Shown here: positions 1 to 24,300 of the stretch, piece after piece
Layout: the number at the start of each line of letters is the position of its first letter
Numbering within the stretch: position 1 is the first letter of the stretch
NCBI RefSeq assembly: GCF_032191835.1
Contig: NC_083239.1
Span: 33,914,001-33,978,000, forward strand
Source: Heteronotia binoei
Lineage: Eukaryota
Reading direction: 5' to 3'
Length of the DNA: 64,000 nucleotides
Position numbers and translations under genes: made by a program
The notes under the pieces: model-generated
What the model saw: only the letters and a program-made list of their open reading frames with translations
The model's database searches: none
What the model was told of the DNA's origin: nothing

Positions 1-281
1 CCCTCGTGCTCAGTTGCACGGATATTGGTATGTGAAAGACAAGCGAAGTCGGAGGCCACGTTTAGTGGCCACCAGTAACCCAGACAGAATTAAGGAGATA
101 GACCCTCGCGTTCAGCATCGTTTTGAAGTGTCAGGGCCAGAACTGAACCAAGGCAACTGCTCCCTCGCCATCCATCACGCCGAAGCAGCTGACCAGGCGA
201 TTTACCACTTCCGAATGGAAAAAGGCCACAACAAATACAGCTACTCTACAGCAGAAGAAAGCCTGTCCGTCATCGTGACTG
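1..281 (+). CDS. CD33/MAG-like Siglec, V-set (sialic-acid-binding) exon, 5' part outside window
   Basis: Frame open from base 2: ..HGYWY..LVATSN..RFEVSG..GNCSLAI..IYHFRMEKGHNKYSY..LSVIVT. Carries the Siglec essential Arg (FRME) and the KYSY aromatic motif. Phase-1 donor G|GTGAGT at 281/282. Confidence 0.85.
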
Positions 282-438
282 GTGAGTGCCTGAAAGGAGG
301 GTGCTGGGCTCTCTCTTGAAGTCCCCATCTGATACATTTTCCCCATCATTTTGCAGCAGAGTTAGATCGGCTTGCCCAGATTGTCTCTTTCAAGGCAGGC
401 AAATGGAATAGAGAGGGGATCCAAAGGCAAGGCTGGGT

Positions 439-731
439 TAAAGGTAAAGGTAGTCCCCTGTGCAAGCACCAGTCATTTCCAACTCTGGGGTGACGTCACA
501 TCACGACGTTTTCATGGCAGACTTTTATGAGGTGGTTTGCCATTGCCTTCCCCAGTCATCTGCACTTTTCCCTCAGCAAGCTGGGTACTCATTTTACTGA
601 CCTCAGAAGGATGAAAGGCTGAGTCAACCTTGAGCCGGCGACCTGAACCCAGCTTCTGCCGGGATCAAACTCAGATCGTGAGCAGAGCTTCAACTGCAGT
701 ACTGCAGCTTTACCACTCTGCCCCACAGGCT
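439..731 (-). mobile_element. Sauria-type SINE
   Basis: Reverse complement of the 752-1043 copy; ends in an (ACCTTT)-like tail on the minus strand. Confidence 0.75.
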
Positions 732-751
732 GGAATAACCATATGCTAATA

Positions 752-1043
752 GGGGCTCCTGTGACGGAGTGGTAAGCTGCAGTACTGCAGTCCAAGCTCT
801 GCTCACAACCTGAGTTTGATCCCAGCGGAAGCTGAGTTCAGGTAGCCTGCTCAAGGTTGACTCAACCTTCCATCCTTCTGAGGTCAGTAAAATGATCACC
901 CAGCTTGCTCGGGGGAAAGTGTAGCTGACTGGGGAAGGCAATGGCAATGTAACAAAAAGTCTGCCAAGAAAACGTCATGATGTGACATCACTTCATGGGT
1001 TGGTAATAACTCAGGGCTTGTAGAGGGGACTGCCTTTACCTTT
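752..1043 (+). mobile_element. Sauria-type SINE
   Basis: Head ggggctcctgtg..gagtggtaagctgcagtactgc, body ..ttccatccttctgaggtc..ggggaaggcaatggcaa.., tail ggggactgcctttaccttt. Confidence 0.75.
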
Positions 1044-1249
1044 AATAGGGGCACCTTCTGTAATAGGATCATGTTCCAGGGGAGTGGGGAAAGAAGAGAA
1101 ATCTGTCTTGCGGTTCCAGTAATTGAAATGAAGGGAAGTTGGTGAGCTGAAATACCAGACTGGATGTGGCAGGAAGGAGATTGTAAGCCGCTCTGAGACT
1201 CTGAGTGGAGGGCAGGGGATAAATCCAACTTTTCTTCCTTTCTCTTCAG

Positions 1250-1534
1250 AAAGAAAACCAGATATAACTCTTTTTGGATTACTGAGGGCAGGGCAGGTAG
1301 CAACCATCACTTGTATAGCCTATCGGAGTCCTTCTTCAGACCAGCCCAAGATCACCTGGACAGGCATTTCCGGAGGGAAAAGCTTTCAGCGTGTGCGCAA
1401 TGATAGAGTGGAGAGTTACCTAGACTTCACACCTACAGCAGCAGACCATCTCCAAAACATCACCTGCAAAGCCACTTATTTCAGAGTGTCTGAATATGTG
1501 ACTGTGGACAGGACAATCACCCTCAAGGTCAACT
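1250..1534 (+). CDS. Siglec-like gene, C2-set Ig exon
   Basis: Acceptor ttctcttcag|, donor T|GTAAGT, phase 1-1. Peptide ERKPDITLFGLLRAGQVATITC..PKITW..LDFTPTAADHLQNITCKATY..RTITLKVN. Confidence 0.85.
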
Positions 1535-2695
1535 GTAAGTGGATCCTCAGATCGCAAGCCCCATCGTAAAGGGTGTTCATTTACACCAGGTGCCCCCAAC
1601 CTTTTTGAGCATGCGGGCACCTTTGGAATTCTGACAAAGTGATGGGCATAGCCACAAAGTGGCTGCCATAGGAGCTGGAGCCAGCAACAAAATGGCTGCC
1701 AATCAAACCTTCAAAGGCCAATCAGAAGTCTTGCTAAGTAAAAGTTCCATCTGGTCCTGCCCACTTCATAAAAACACTTGGCAGAAACTGGGAAAGTTGT
1801 CAGTGGGTGGACATCATGTTGGGGACTCCTCAATTATAACAGTGCTGATCTAAAATATGGGTCATTACTAGGGATGCCAGGTCATCCTTGGCCACTGGCT
1901 GGGGATGGGGTTTAGGGTTGCCAGATCCAGACTGGGAAACTCCTAGAGATTTGGAGATGTAGCCTGGGGAGGACAGTGGGGTACAATGCCAAAGAGTCCA
2001 CCCTCAAAACCATACATTTTCTCCAGTGATTGGAACTCTGCAGCCTGGAGATGAGCCGTAATTCCAGGGGATCCCCAGGTCCCACCTGTAGGTTGGCATC
2101 CCTGCATCTGGACCTAGGTAGAGTCTGGCAAAAAGTTAGATCAAGTGAATTCTAGTTAAATTGTGTTTCTGAAGGGTACTTCCTCAAACTTCTGGAAACC
2201 GAAGCACACTTTTTTTCTCTGAATGAAATGAGAGATACACTTTGCTCTTATGCCCCAGGGTAGAGTGGGTTGTGTAAGGCCCCAAACTAACAGCTGTTTG
2301 GCTGTGGCTAAGCTGCATCTTCCTAATACTGTTTTAGACTGAGCCAAGCCATTGGTCCAGCCAGTTCAACATTCTCTGTACTTTTTGACTGTGACTTTCC
2401 AAAGTCTTGGCCAAAGAAAGGCCATTCCCAACACCTCTCTGCTGCCCCAGCCTTTAAATGGAGGTGGCAGAACCTCAACCCAACCTGCATGTTGAATGCA
2501 AATCATTGCTCTTCCCCTCCCACTAGAAGCTGTAGGGCAATGTGGGAACTGTGATGCCAAAGCCTGTCTGTGGCTGGAGGGCTTAGACAAATACAGCAAG
2601 CTTAATGTATTTTCTTATTCCTGACTGAGGATGGGTATTCTTGGAGATTCTCTCCTATGCTTTGCTGCCACCTCACCAGAGAGATCCCTTATCGG

Positions 2696-2878
2696 CAGGG
2701 CTTTTTTTAGTAGCAGGAACTCTTTTGCATATTAGGCCACCACTCCCTGATGTAGCCAATCCTCCTGGAATTTACAGTAGGCCCTGACCTAAGAGCCCTG
2801 TCAGCTCTTGGAGGACTGGCTACATCAGCGGGGTGTGGCCTAATATGCAAAGGAGTACCTGCTACAAAAAAGGCCCTG
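2696..2878. mobile_element. Palindromic hAT-type MITE (cagggc-tttt..aaaa-ggccctg family)
   Basis: Terminal and internal inverted repeats; 8-bp flanks cttatcgg/attatcag (6/8). Related copies near 7325-7455, 13395-13527, 47700-47868 and 63870-63990. Confidence 0.65.
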
Positions 2879-2909
2879 ATTATCAGCCATGCTTGTCTCT
2901 GTGTTACAG

Positions 2910-2960
2910 ATCCCCCAAGGAAACTACAGTTCCCCGGGCACCTTACACGTCCCAGCGGAG
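2910..2960 (+). CDS. Siglec-like gene, 51-nt linker exon
   Basis: gtgttacag| and G|GTAAGT, phase 1-1. Peptide YPPRKLQFPGHLTRPSG, in the position of the short linker exon of CD33-related Siglecs. Confidence 0.75.
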
Positions 2961-3677
2961 GTAAGTTTTCAATCTGTTTGGGGAGCTACACATTCGCACA
3001 GATAGCCACACTAAATAAACCGACCCACACATTGCAGTACATATTTGACAAGCTCTTCCTCTGACTTTTCCATGTTTCTGGAAAGACAGCGAGGCCCAGT
3101 CTAGTTTTACGTATTCCGGTATGAGAGTTGCCTTCAGTTCCTTCCTCTGTGGTTTCTCTGCTCTTGTGCAAATCAAACCTTCTCCGCCTATCTGTAAAAC
3201 AGGCATAATAAGCAACTAGCAGTCACAGAACCTTTATTGGCGTAACAACAACAGTATCAAATCAAGGAAGCAGGGGGGAAAAGGTGGTTAATTAAACATT
3301 CTAAACAGACTTCTCCTCTTATAAGCACAGTAAAGGAAGTTTGCCACCACTTCGATGGTTTCAGTCTTACTTGAGGCTAGTAAGCTTACTATCTTGCTTT
3401 CATCAGATTTACCCTCCAGAGATTGCAATAGAGGATCCAAGTAAAATGCATGTCAATCACAATAGAATCTACAGGATAAAAGAACATAGTCTGTTCCTTC
3501 CCACAGGGAATGGTATTTTTTTTAAACCTCCTGTATAACATGGCAGAAGGAAGCACATTAAAATGCTATAAAATGATGATGATGATGATGATAATCAACT
3601 AATTCCAGATTATCAAAGATTTCAGGTTTTCACAGCTGGTAACATCATTAGGGTTTGTAGAATCTTTCAGACTCAAG

Positions 3678-3842
3678 NNNNNNNNNNNNNNNNNNNNNNN
3701 NNNNNNNNNNNNNNNNNNNNNNNNNNNNNNNNNNNNNNNNNNNNNNNNNNNNNNNNNNNNNNNNNNNNNNNNNNNNNNNNNNNNNNNNNNNNNNNNNNNN
3801 NNNNNNNNNNNNNNNNNNNNNNNNNNNNNNNNNNNNNNNNNN
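3678..3842. other. Assembly gap (165 N)
   Basis: Run of N in Siglec intron 3, flanked by inverted copies of the same ~30-bp sequence. Confidence 0.99.
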
Positions 3843-4087
3843 GGCACTTGAGCCCGAAAGATTCTACAAACCCTAATAATTCCAGATTATTAATCCATGT
3901 AAACCAGACCCTCCTCCCCCTTTTCAGCTATCCATTCCTAAAATAGGCAACTCAAATCCTCTTGTGTTGTGCTGGGGAAGTTTGCTTATTCAGTGGTTTT
4001 TTGATAGGGAAGATAAACTAGGCAGGGCTGGTTGCCAAAGTTTGAGAGCCATGATAGGCAATGCCTTGTCCCTCTGGATTCTTGCAG

Positions 4088-4347
4088 ATGTGCGGCACTT
4101 CACAAACTTCTCCCAGATCGTTCCCCAGGAAGGCGACTCTCTCGTGGTTCATTGCGAGGTGGACAGCAACCCTGAGAGCTTTGTGAGCTGGAAGCTGAGA
4201 TTCCCAGGAACTCGCCTCCACATATATAATGACGAACTGAGGCTTTCAAAAATGGAATCAGAGGATGAGGGTAAATACGAGTGCCGGGCAAGCAACACTG
4301 AAGGTTACACTGAAGGCAGCATCTACATCCGCCTACATCGCGAGTGA
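4088..4347 (+). CDS. Siglec-like gene, third Ig-domain exon (reads through to TGA at 4345-4347, or is spliced at a GC donor after 4339)
   Basis: Acceptor cttgcag|. Peptide DVRHFTNFSQIVPQEGDSLVVHCEVDSNP..SW..LRLSKMESEDEGKYECRASN..IYIRLHRE*. The expected phase-1 donor position reads C|GCGAGT rather than GTGAGT. Confidence 0.8.
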
Positions 4348-4657
4348 AGCAAAACTTGGGACTTCGCGAGAGGCCGTTTGTTGGGATTTGCCAGCCATCA
4401 GCACAATATAGAAGCACAGTACAAAGAAAATGTCCTGGTAGGGGGAGACTCAATATATAGGAATTTGCAAGGCAGCAGTGAAGTTTACTGCTATTTACCC
4501 CATCTCACCCTCAGTTTCCTGATGTGGTAAAAATATGTTTTAGTGGATCTTCATCTCTCTCTGCACTGTTTGTGTTCCACTCTTTTTCTCTCCCTTCTTC
4601 TTGGGTTCCCATATGATATCTATATCTTGGCATTTTTGTTGTCTTTTCACATAAGAA

Positions 4658-4968
4658 AAGCCATGTTGGATCAGGCCAACGGCCCATCCAGTCCAACACT
4701 GTGTGTCACACAGTGGCCAAAAAAACCCCAGATGCCTTCAGGAGATCTATCAGTGGAGACAGGGCACTAGAAGCCTTCCCACTATTGCTCCTCCCAAGCA
4801 CCAAGAATACAGAGCATCACTGCCCCAGAGAGTTCCAACAATACCCTACGGCTAATAGCCACTGATGGAGCTCTGTTCCATGTTTATCCAATCCCTTCTT
4901 GAAGCTGGCTATGCTTGTAGCCACCACTACCTCCTGTGGGAGTGAATTCACCAGGGTGTGGGAAAAAA
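4658..4968 (-). mobile_element. CR1 LINE 3' end fragment
   Basis: Reverse complement matches the ORF2 end and 3' UTR of the CR1 at 24406-25243 (gaattcact..caggaggt..ccatcagtggctattagcc..ccaacatggc). Further tail-only copies at about 8755-8935 and 14070-14356 (+). Confidence 0.75.
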
Positions 4969-5942
4969 ATCAGACGACTATACTGCAATGGCAGGGCCCT
5001 GAAGTCAGAAACCCCCACACACACACCAGCTGCTCAACCATTCACCCTTTTCATGGTAGTGCAAAGTGCTGCCAAAGCCGCATCTGGCTTACAGTATGGA
5101 GCGCCCAAGGATAGCCAAGGCTGCATTTCCATGCACTGTCTTTTGTGAGCTAAATCTCTGACCCTCCCCCTCAACCTAGCTTCCAAAGATTGCAAAATCT
5201 CTGGGGCAAGGACCGCACCAACTCTGTGGGGGGTAATGCCCTTCACAGACTGTGGCAGTTCAGTAGCACCCCCCCCCAATGGTAGCAACGTTAGTACATC
5301 TTGTCAAAGGAAGTTGCTCATTTCCTACATTGTTGACAAGTTGGCTCCATGTGCTTTTTTTGCATGCCCACCATCCACCAAGCAGGCATAACACATACGA
5401 AGAATGAAAACACCAAAAATCTCTTTCCGTCTTGCTTAATCCTGGCTGGCTTGTGTTGACTACTGAAGCCATGAGATCTTGTAAAACTGCTTTACAAAAG
5501 GCCTAAATTGAACTTGTCACACCAAGAGCACAGACGTTTTGTTTATTCAGCAAAAGGTCATCAGATGCTGCACATTCTCCTCTGCTATTTTATTCTAGTT
5601 CTCTCTTATCTTCCAAGTTTTCTTTTGGGTGAACTATTCCTTAGAGCAAGGGTGGCCAACCTTGCTTAACATAAGAGTCATATAGAATAAATGTCAGATG
5701 TTTGAGAGCTGCAAGATAGGGAGGGAGGGAGGAAGGAAAAAATAGATGGGGGAGAGAGGGAAGGAAGCAACTTAAAATGCATTCTCCAAACTGCCAGCTG
5801 GCTTGGAAAAGTGATTTAAAGAGACAAATGCCTTCTCCAAGCTGGCTGACGTGGTAGTGGGGGCTTTGAGAACCACATATGTGCGAAAGAGGCATGTGGC
5901 TCCCGAACCACAGTTTCAGTAATAGCATTAGAAAACAGCACG

Positions 5943-6069
5943 TGTCCAATAGCACCCTAAAGACTAACAAAATTTGTGGCAGGGCATGAGCTTTTGTGAG
6001 ACACTATTCTGACTCAGGAAAGCTCATACCCTGCCGCAAATTTTGTTACTCTTCAAGGTGCTACTGGAC
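5943..6069. mobile_element. Inverted pair of Penelope-like terminal-repeat ends
   Basis: Arms of about 51 nt (5943-5993 and 6019-6069) are near reverse complements and carry the aaagctcatac..ttgtta..aaggtgcta tail seen in other copies. Confidence 0.6.
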
Positions 6070-6189
6070 TCTTGCTCTTTTCTACTGCTATGGCCTAACA
6101 TGGCTACCCATCTGGATCATTAATAGCAAGAACAGATATAGAATTAGCATTCGCCATTTGATGAAATATAACCACCGATGTGCTTGCAG

Positions 6190-6263
6190 TGGCTTCACCT
6201 ACGACGGACCTGATCCATTTATCATTCACATTGCTGTGCCATTTCATTCACATTGTCTTGTAA
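6190..6263 (+). CDS. Candidate terminal exon of Siglec-like gene (hydrophobic C-terminal tail)
   Basis: Acceptor gtgcttgcag|, phase-1 compatible with 4339. Encodes (L)ASPTTDLIHLSFTLLCHFIHIVL*, with AATAAA at 6319-6324. Confidence 0.4.
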
Positions 6264-6872
6264 CGAAGAGCATTAAAAAAGTCAATGAAACATACAATTT
6301 GTTTGCAAAAGTGCTTCAAATAAACTGTTGTAATACCGCTAAAACACCGCATCTGTGTCTTCTTACCCACCAGAACCAGAAAAAGGAACCAGGTCTACAG
6401 ACCAAAGAGGAAAGTTGTATAGCTCTTCCAGAAACGATACAGTTCCAATAGATTTCCAAGGAGTTTCCCCTATTGCAGGGTAGCCATCAAGTGACTTTTG
6501 GCATTTGAATGTGAGGCACGGAAAGCACACACTTGGCATTGATCCTAACAGTTGTGAAAATACAGGAGGCAGAAAGAAAAAGTAGCCTCTATGATCTTAG
6601 GCCAAGCCATTCATGTAAACAAACTAGATGCCATGATGTGAGTGGACCCTCCACCCCACAGCTATTTCAGAGTCTTCTTTTGCAGCTGCTAAGGTCTGCA
6701 ATTCAAACCATGAAGAGAATCACGGAAAGTGACTATTAAGCAACGGAAAGAGCCTTGATAAATAGCTAATACAATATTAAATTCTGATTTATTTCTATAA
6801 CGCTCTGTAGAAGTACATATAAAATTCCTATAAGCAAAAATTCATATAATATAAATATGAATATAAAAACTC

Positions 6873-7116
6873 ATAAGCAAACAAAATTTACAAAAGGCAA
6901 CAGGCTCAGAGTTGAACAACAAAGTGCTTGTGCAAAAAGTCTATGAGGTTTCAAAGCCCATAATATATCCAAAATGTGGTAGTTTTGGACGTCTAACTAC
7001 CAGATTTTGCATCCATTATAGGCTCTGAAGCATCATAAAGACTTCCTGCGCAGGCATTTTGTTGTTGAAAGTAATAACTCTGAGCCTGTTGCCATTTGTA
7101 AATTTTGTATGCTTAT
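6873..7116. repeat. AT-rich fold-back (long inverted repeat)
   Basis: Outer 41-nt arms match at 39/41 positions; the inner arms are similar with indels; ~10-nt loop at 6985-6994. Confidence 0.75.
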
Positions 7117-7877
7117 ATGACCTGGTGAATTCTTATATGCTTATATATACTTATGCGAAGCTTTATATAAATTAATCAAAATTTAATAATCAAAATTTAT
7201 CACAGATTTTCCCCCTTGCTAAGGTCTCCAATGCAGCCTCGAGAAAGTGGCATAGCAGAGGATGACTATTTCTCCCCTACCGTGTTTTCAGATTTGGATT
7301 CTAATGCTTGTTTTAATCAGGATGTTGCTGTTGTTTTTGTATCAGGAACTACTCTGCATATTAGGCCACTGCCCCTGATGTGGCCAATCCTCCAGGAGCT
7401 TACAGGGCTCTTATTACAGGGCCTACTGTAAGCTCCTGCTACAAAAAAAAACCCCATGGTTTTAATACTGATAATTTTTATGCTCTTGGTTTTATTGCTG
7501 TACTTTTACTTTGTGAACTGCCTCAAGCAAGTCCTAGGAGCAGCAGCCGATGTATCTTCATCATTCACAAAATATGGGGGGCGTCTCAGCTGAGCTTCAA
7601 ATAATAGCACGGCTGAGAAAGCCAACCTGTTTTAAGATCTTGTTGCCCAGAAACCTATGCGGGAGTAAGTTACGGAACACCCTGGCGGTAGGAGGAATGA
7701 CCTGCTTCGCTGTGGAAGGAGGGAACATCCAACATCCTAGGTACTTATTTATTCATACGTTACTTTCATTCCTTGAAACGCCAAAGACACACAATATAAG
7801 ACTCACACTACCCCCCCCCCCCAAAATCCCCAAGGACTGAGACAACCACCCCAGCTCCATCCTGCTTTCCCCAGTTT

Positions 7878-21209
<13,332 letters not shown>

Positions 21210-21360
21210 TTCTGGCCCTCTATCCGAAGCCAGGCCAGGCGACTAGTTGCCGCTTCCGGGAGCAGATTCCGGAAGCTGGCAAAGAGCCTGATGGGACTTG
21301 TAGTCCGTCAAAAAAAAAAGCCATCAAGAGGGAGGGACTCTGGGAGTTCTAGTCCAGTGA
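21210..21360 (-). promoter_or_regulatory. PSMC4 CpG-rich promoter
   Basis: CpG-rich from 21000 to 21300; ETS-type TTCCGG/CCGGAA pairs at about 21253-21275; two ZNF143-associated ACTA(C/G)AA.TCCCA motifs on the minus strand at 21292-21304 and 21341-21353. Confidence 0.7.
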
Positions 21361-21678
21361 GAGCGGGCAGTCCTAAAAAGGGTCTATTCTGAGTTCTACT
21401 AGGGTGTGTTGAGTGTTTGGTTTACTTCTAGGAAAGTTTTCTAAGGAACGCACGGTAGGAGTTAAAGATTAGAATGAAACAGAAACTGAGCAGCATTTTA
21501 AACAGTAACAAAATTTACACCAGCATAAACTTTCAGTAATGAAAGGTCACTTCATTTCATTCATTAAATTTTTATGCATTTTAGGTAAGCTTTGGCTGCA
21601 ATGAACGTTGTTAGGCATTGTTAATTATTTATTTATATCCCGCCTCTCTCCCCAGTGGGGACCCAAAGCACTTTACAG

Positions 21679-22192
21679 CAGTGGTGTCAGACATGCGGCC
21701 CAGGGACTGAATCAGGCCCCCAGAAGGCTCTTATCAGGCCCTCGAGCAACTGACTTTTCTCTGCTTCCTTCTCTCTCTTGCTTCCTTCTGCATCTCAACT
21801 TGCTTTGCAAGGCTTGCTCAATTGCACAGGAGCTACAGAGCAAAACCTCATTTTTTTCCATTGGTTGAGGCTCCTCTCCCCCCCCCCCTGGTTCCCTGGG
21901 GAGGGAGGGAAAGAGACAGAGCTTCCTTGCCCAGTTCCCTGGATCCCATGCGAGAACAACAAAGAAAGCACCTTTAAGACCAACAAGTGCTAATGTTTTA
22001 AGCATGTTTTAAGTTTGTTTGTTTTTTAAAAAAATCTTTAGTTGTGTTTGTGTCCTTTGAAAAGTTTATATCTCCGCTACCTAATCTTAAATGGGTACCC
22101 ACATGGCCTGGCCTGATATAGCCTGGCCCAGCCCAACAAGCTCTCATTAATGTCAGATCTGTCCCTCATAACAAATGAGTTTGACACCCCTG
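21679..22192. mobile_element. hAT MITE (caggggtgtcaaac family)
   Basis: Degenerate left TIR and intact right TIR; flanking ctttacag repeated. Confidence 0.75.
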
Positions 22193-22699
22193 CCTTTACA
22201 GCTTACATCATTTGCCTCTCCTCTTTTCTATCCTCACAACAACCCTGTGAGGTAGGTTAGGCTGAGAGCGCCTGCCTGACCCAGTCGCCCAACAAGTTTC
22301 CATGGTGCGAGTGGGGATTCAAACCTAGATTTCCCAGATCCTTGTCTGACACATTAACCACCACACTACGCTGGCTTTAAAGTTCCACAGGTTTTGTTCA
22401 TTGTACGTTATGTTCATACATTATCGCAGTCCATGGTTGAGCTTTATTTTACCATTTTCTTCCCATTAGCCCTTGCCCCCATCCGTGCTTGGTTCCTGAG
22501 CTATGGTTATGCGGCTTGTTATTATTTTGTAACCTGCAGCCTGAAGAAGAGTTCTGCAGAAGCCTGCATGCTGTTCTGCATCATTTTGTTGAGCCAGATA
22601 AAAGGTAGAAAAGAGCAAAAGTCCAATAGCACCTTAAAGATGAACAAAATTTGTGGCAGGGTAGCTTTTGAGGGTCACTGCTCACTTCTTCAGAAACAA

Positions 22700-22860
22700 A
22701 ATAGTAAAGAGTCCAGATAGCACCTTTAAGGCTAACAAATTTTATTGTAGCATAAGCTTTTGAGAAACACAGCTCTCTTCATCAGATGCGCTGTGTTTCT
22801 CAAAAGCTTATGCTACAATAAAATTTGTTAATCTCGTGCTACTGTACCCTTTACTATTTT
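22700..22860. mobile_element. Fold-back Penelope-like remnant with a perfect 41-bp inverted repeat
   Basis: 22733-22773 is the exact reverse complement of 22790-22830 (16-nt loop). The minus strand reads GCAT-CTGATGA-A-GAGAGC..TCTC-AAAA-GCTT-ATGC. Confidence 0.7.
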
Positions 22861-23120
22861 GCAGTAACAGACTAACACAGCTAACTCCTCTGGATCTATG
22901 ACCACGGAAAGCACCTTCTGCAGATACTTCTCCGGATCAAGCATCACACTTGAGCGCACCTTGCATGGAAAGTACTTCCTATTCACCAAGGAACTCACAA
23001 AAGTTCATACTCTGTCACAAATTTTCGTAGTCTTTAAGGTGCTAATAGACTCTTGCTGTTTTCCATTGCTGCAGATATACTAACACCACTATCCATCCAG
23101 ATAAAAAGTAGTGTGTAGAT

Positions 23121-23442
23121 CAGGGGTGGCCAAACTGCGGCTCGGGAGCCACATGTGGCTTTTTTACACATATTGTGTGGCTCTCAAAGCCCCACCCCCA
23201 CCCCGTCGGCCAGCTTGGAGAAAGCATTTGTCTCTTTAAATCACTTCTCCAAGCCAGCCAGCAACCTGGAGAAGGCATTTAAATTTAAAGTTGCTTTCTT
23301 TCCACCTCTCTTCCTCCCCTCCCCCCATCTATTTACTTTTTTTTCCACCTTCCTTTCAGTTTTTCCATCCTCCCTTCCCTCTCTCAAACATCTGATATTT
23401 ATTCTATGTGGCTCTTGCGTTAAGCAAGTTTGGCCACCCCTG
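23121..23442. mobile_element. hAT MITE (caggggtggccaaac family)
   Basis: TIRs and perfect 8-bp TSD gtgtagat. Same family at about 5647-5915 (truncated), 26913-27173 (TSD 7/8) and 44660-44877. Confidence 0.88.
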
Positions 23443-23649
23443 GTGTAGATTGTATGCTCTGGCAACTGGATTCGCTGGACCGCACAGAAAAAACGTGTTG
23501 CAAATGGCCGCTGCAGCACAATATCCAAAGACATACGGATGCAGGGTCCTCCAACTGGTATTCAAAACCAGCATTCAAATTACAATCTTTTGCCATTCAA
23601 ACACAGCAAGATGGAGCCTCCACCGAACCAAAACCGGAAATTAGGGGGA

Positions 23650-24300
23650 GTGCGTCCTTCCACCCCTTTGACCCTCCGTAGCCCACCCACAGATGCTTGG
23701 AAAGAGAACGCGTTTTACTCTCCCCTCTGCCCTCGGATTGACAGGCAGCCCCATCAGCCAACGGGCCTGCTCCGTTGCAGCGGCTTTCCCTTTGATTGAC
23801 GCGACGCTCGACCACTCCTCCCTCGCCGACTTCTTCGCGAAGGGGCGAGGCAAGGATCCCCAGCCACCCGGCTCTCGATTGCCCCTTGATTGACCAGGGA
23901 ATGAACCAATCCACACTCTCCTCCATCGCTCTCGTTGGTCGGGGTGGGAGGGCTCTGCGAGCGAGGACGGCTCCTCCCCTTTATGGTGGCTCTTTAACCG
24001 CAGGTAGGTTGGCGATTGGTTCCGTTTACCACAGAGTGGGGGGGAGGGGAGGCCGGCTGAGGTAACTTTTTTTTACCTCCGGGGGTGGCGGATTGCGAGA
24101 GGCTCGTTTAGGCCTTCGGGCTGCAGGTAGAGACGGAGGGCCTCTCGGTGGCTTCCCTCCGCTCCTCTCCACGTAGCGGCGGGTACCCGTTTGCCCTTCA
24201 GCGGAGAGCATCCTCCTGCGCTCCAGGCCTCGCTTTCCTTTCAGTGCTCCGTTTTCTGAGGCGAGGATGCTTTAAATCAGTCGGAGCACGGCCTTTCCCT
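23650..24300 (+). promoter_or_regulatory. CpG island / probable promoter and non-coding first exon of the Myb/SANT-SCAN gene
   Basis: High CpG density, CCAAT at 23906-23910, plus-strand donors CAG|GTAGGT (24003/4) and GAG|GTAACT (24061/2). No other plus-strand gene lies between here and 31858. Confidence 0.55.

Noticed and set aside
4348-4530. Frame stays open for 60 codons after the Siglec TGA and contains an ITIM-like SIYRNL
   Set aside because: No transmembrane segment precedes it, and an open stretch of this length with a short degenerate motif is plausible by chance.
4543-4660. Hydrophobic ORF as a possible Siglec TM exon
   Set aside because: Weak acceptor, simply pyrimidine-rich sequence, and it runs into a CR1 tail with no donor.
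6374-6480. Possible cytoplasmic exon (EPEKGTRS..KLYSSS)
   Set aside because: Lies after the candidate poly(A) signal, has no TM exon to connect to and no clear ITIM.
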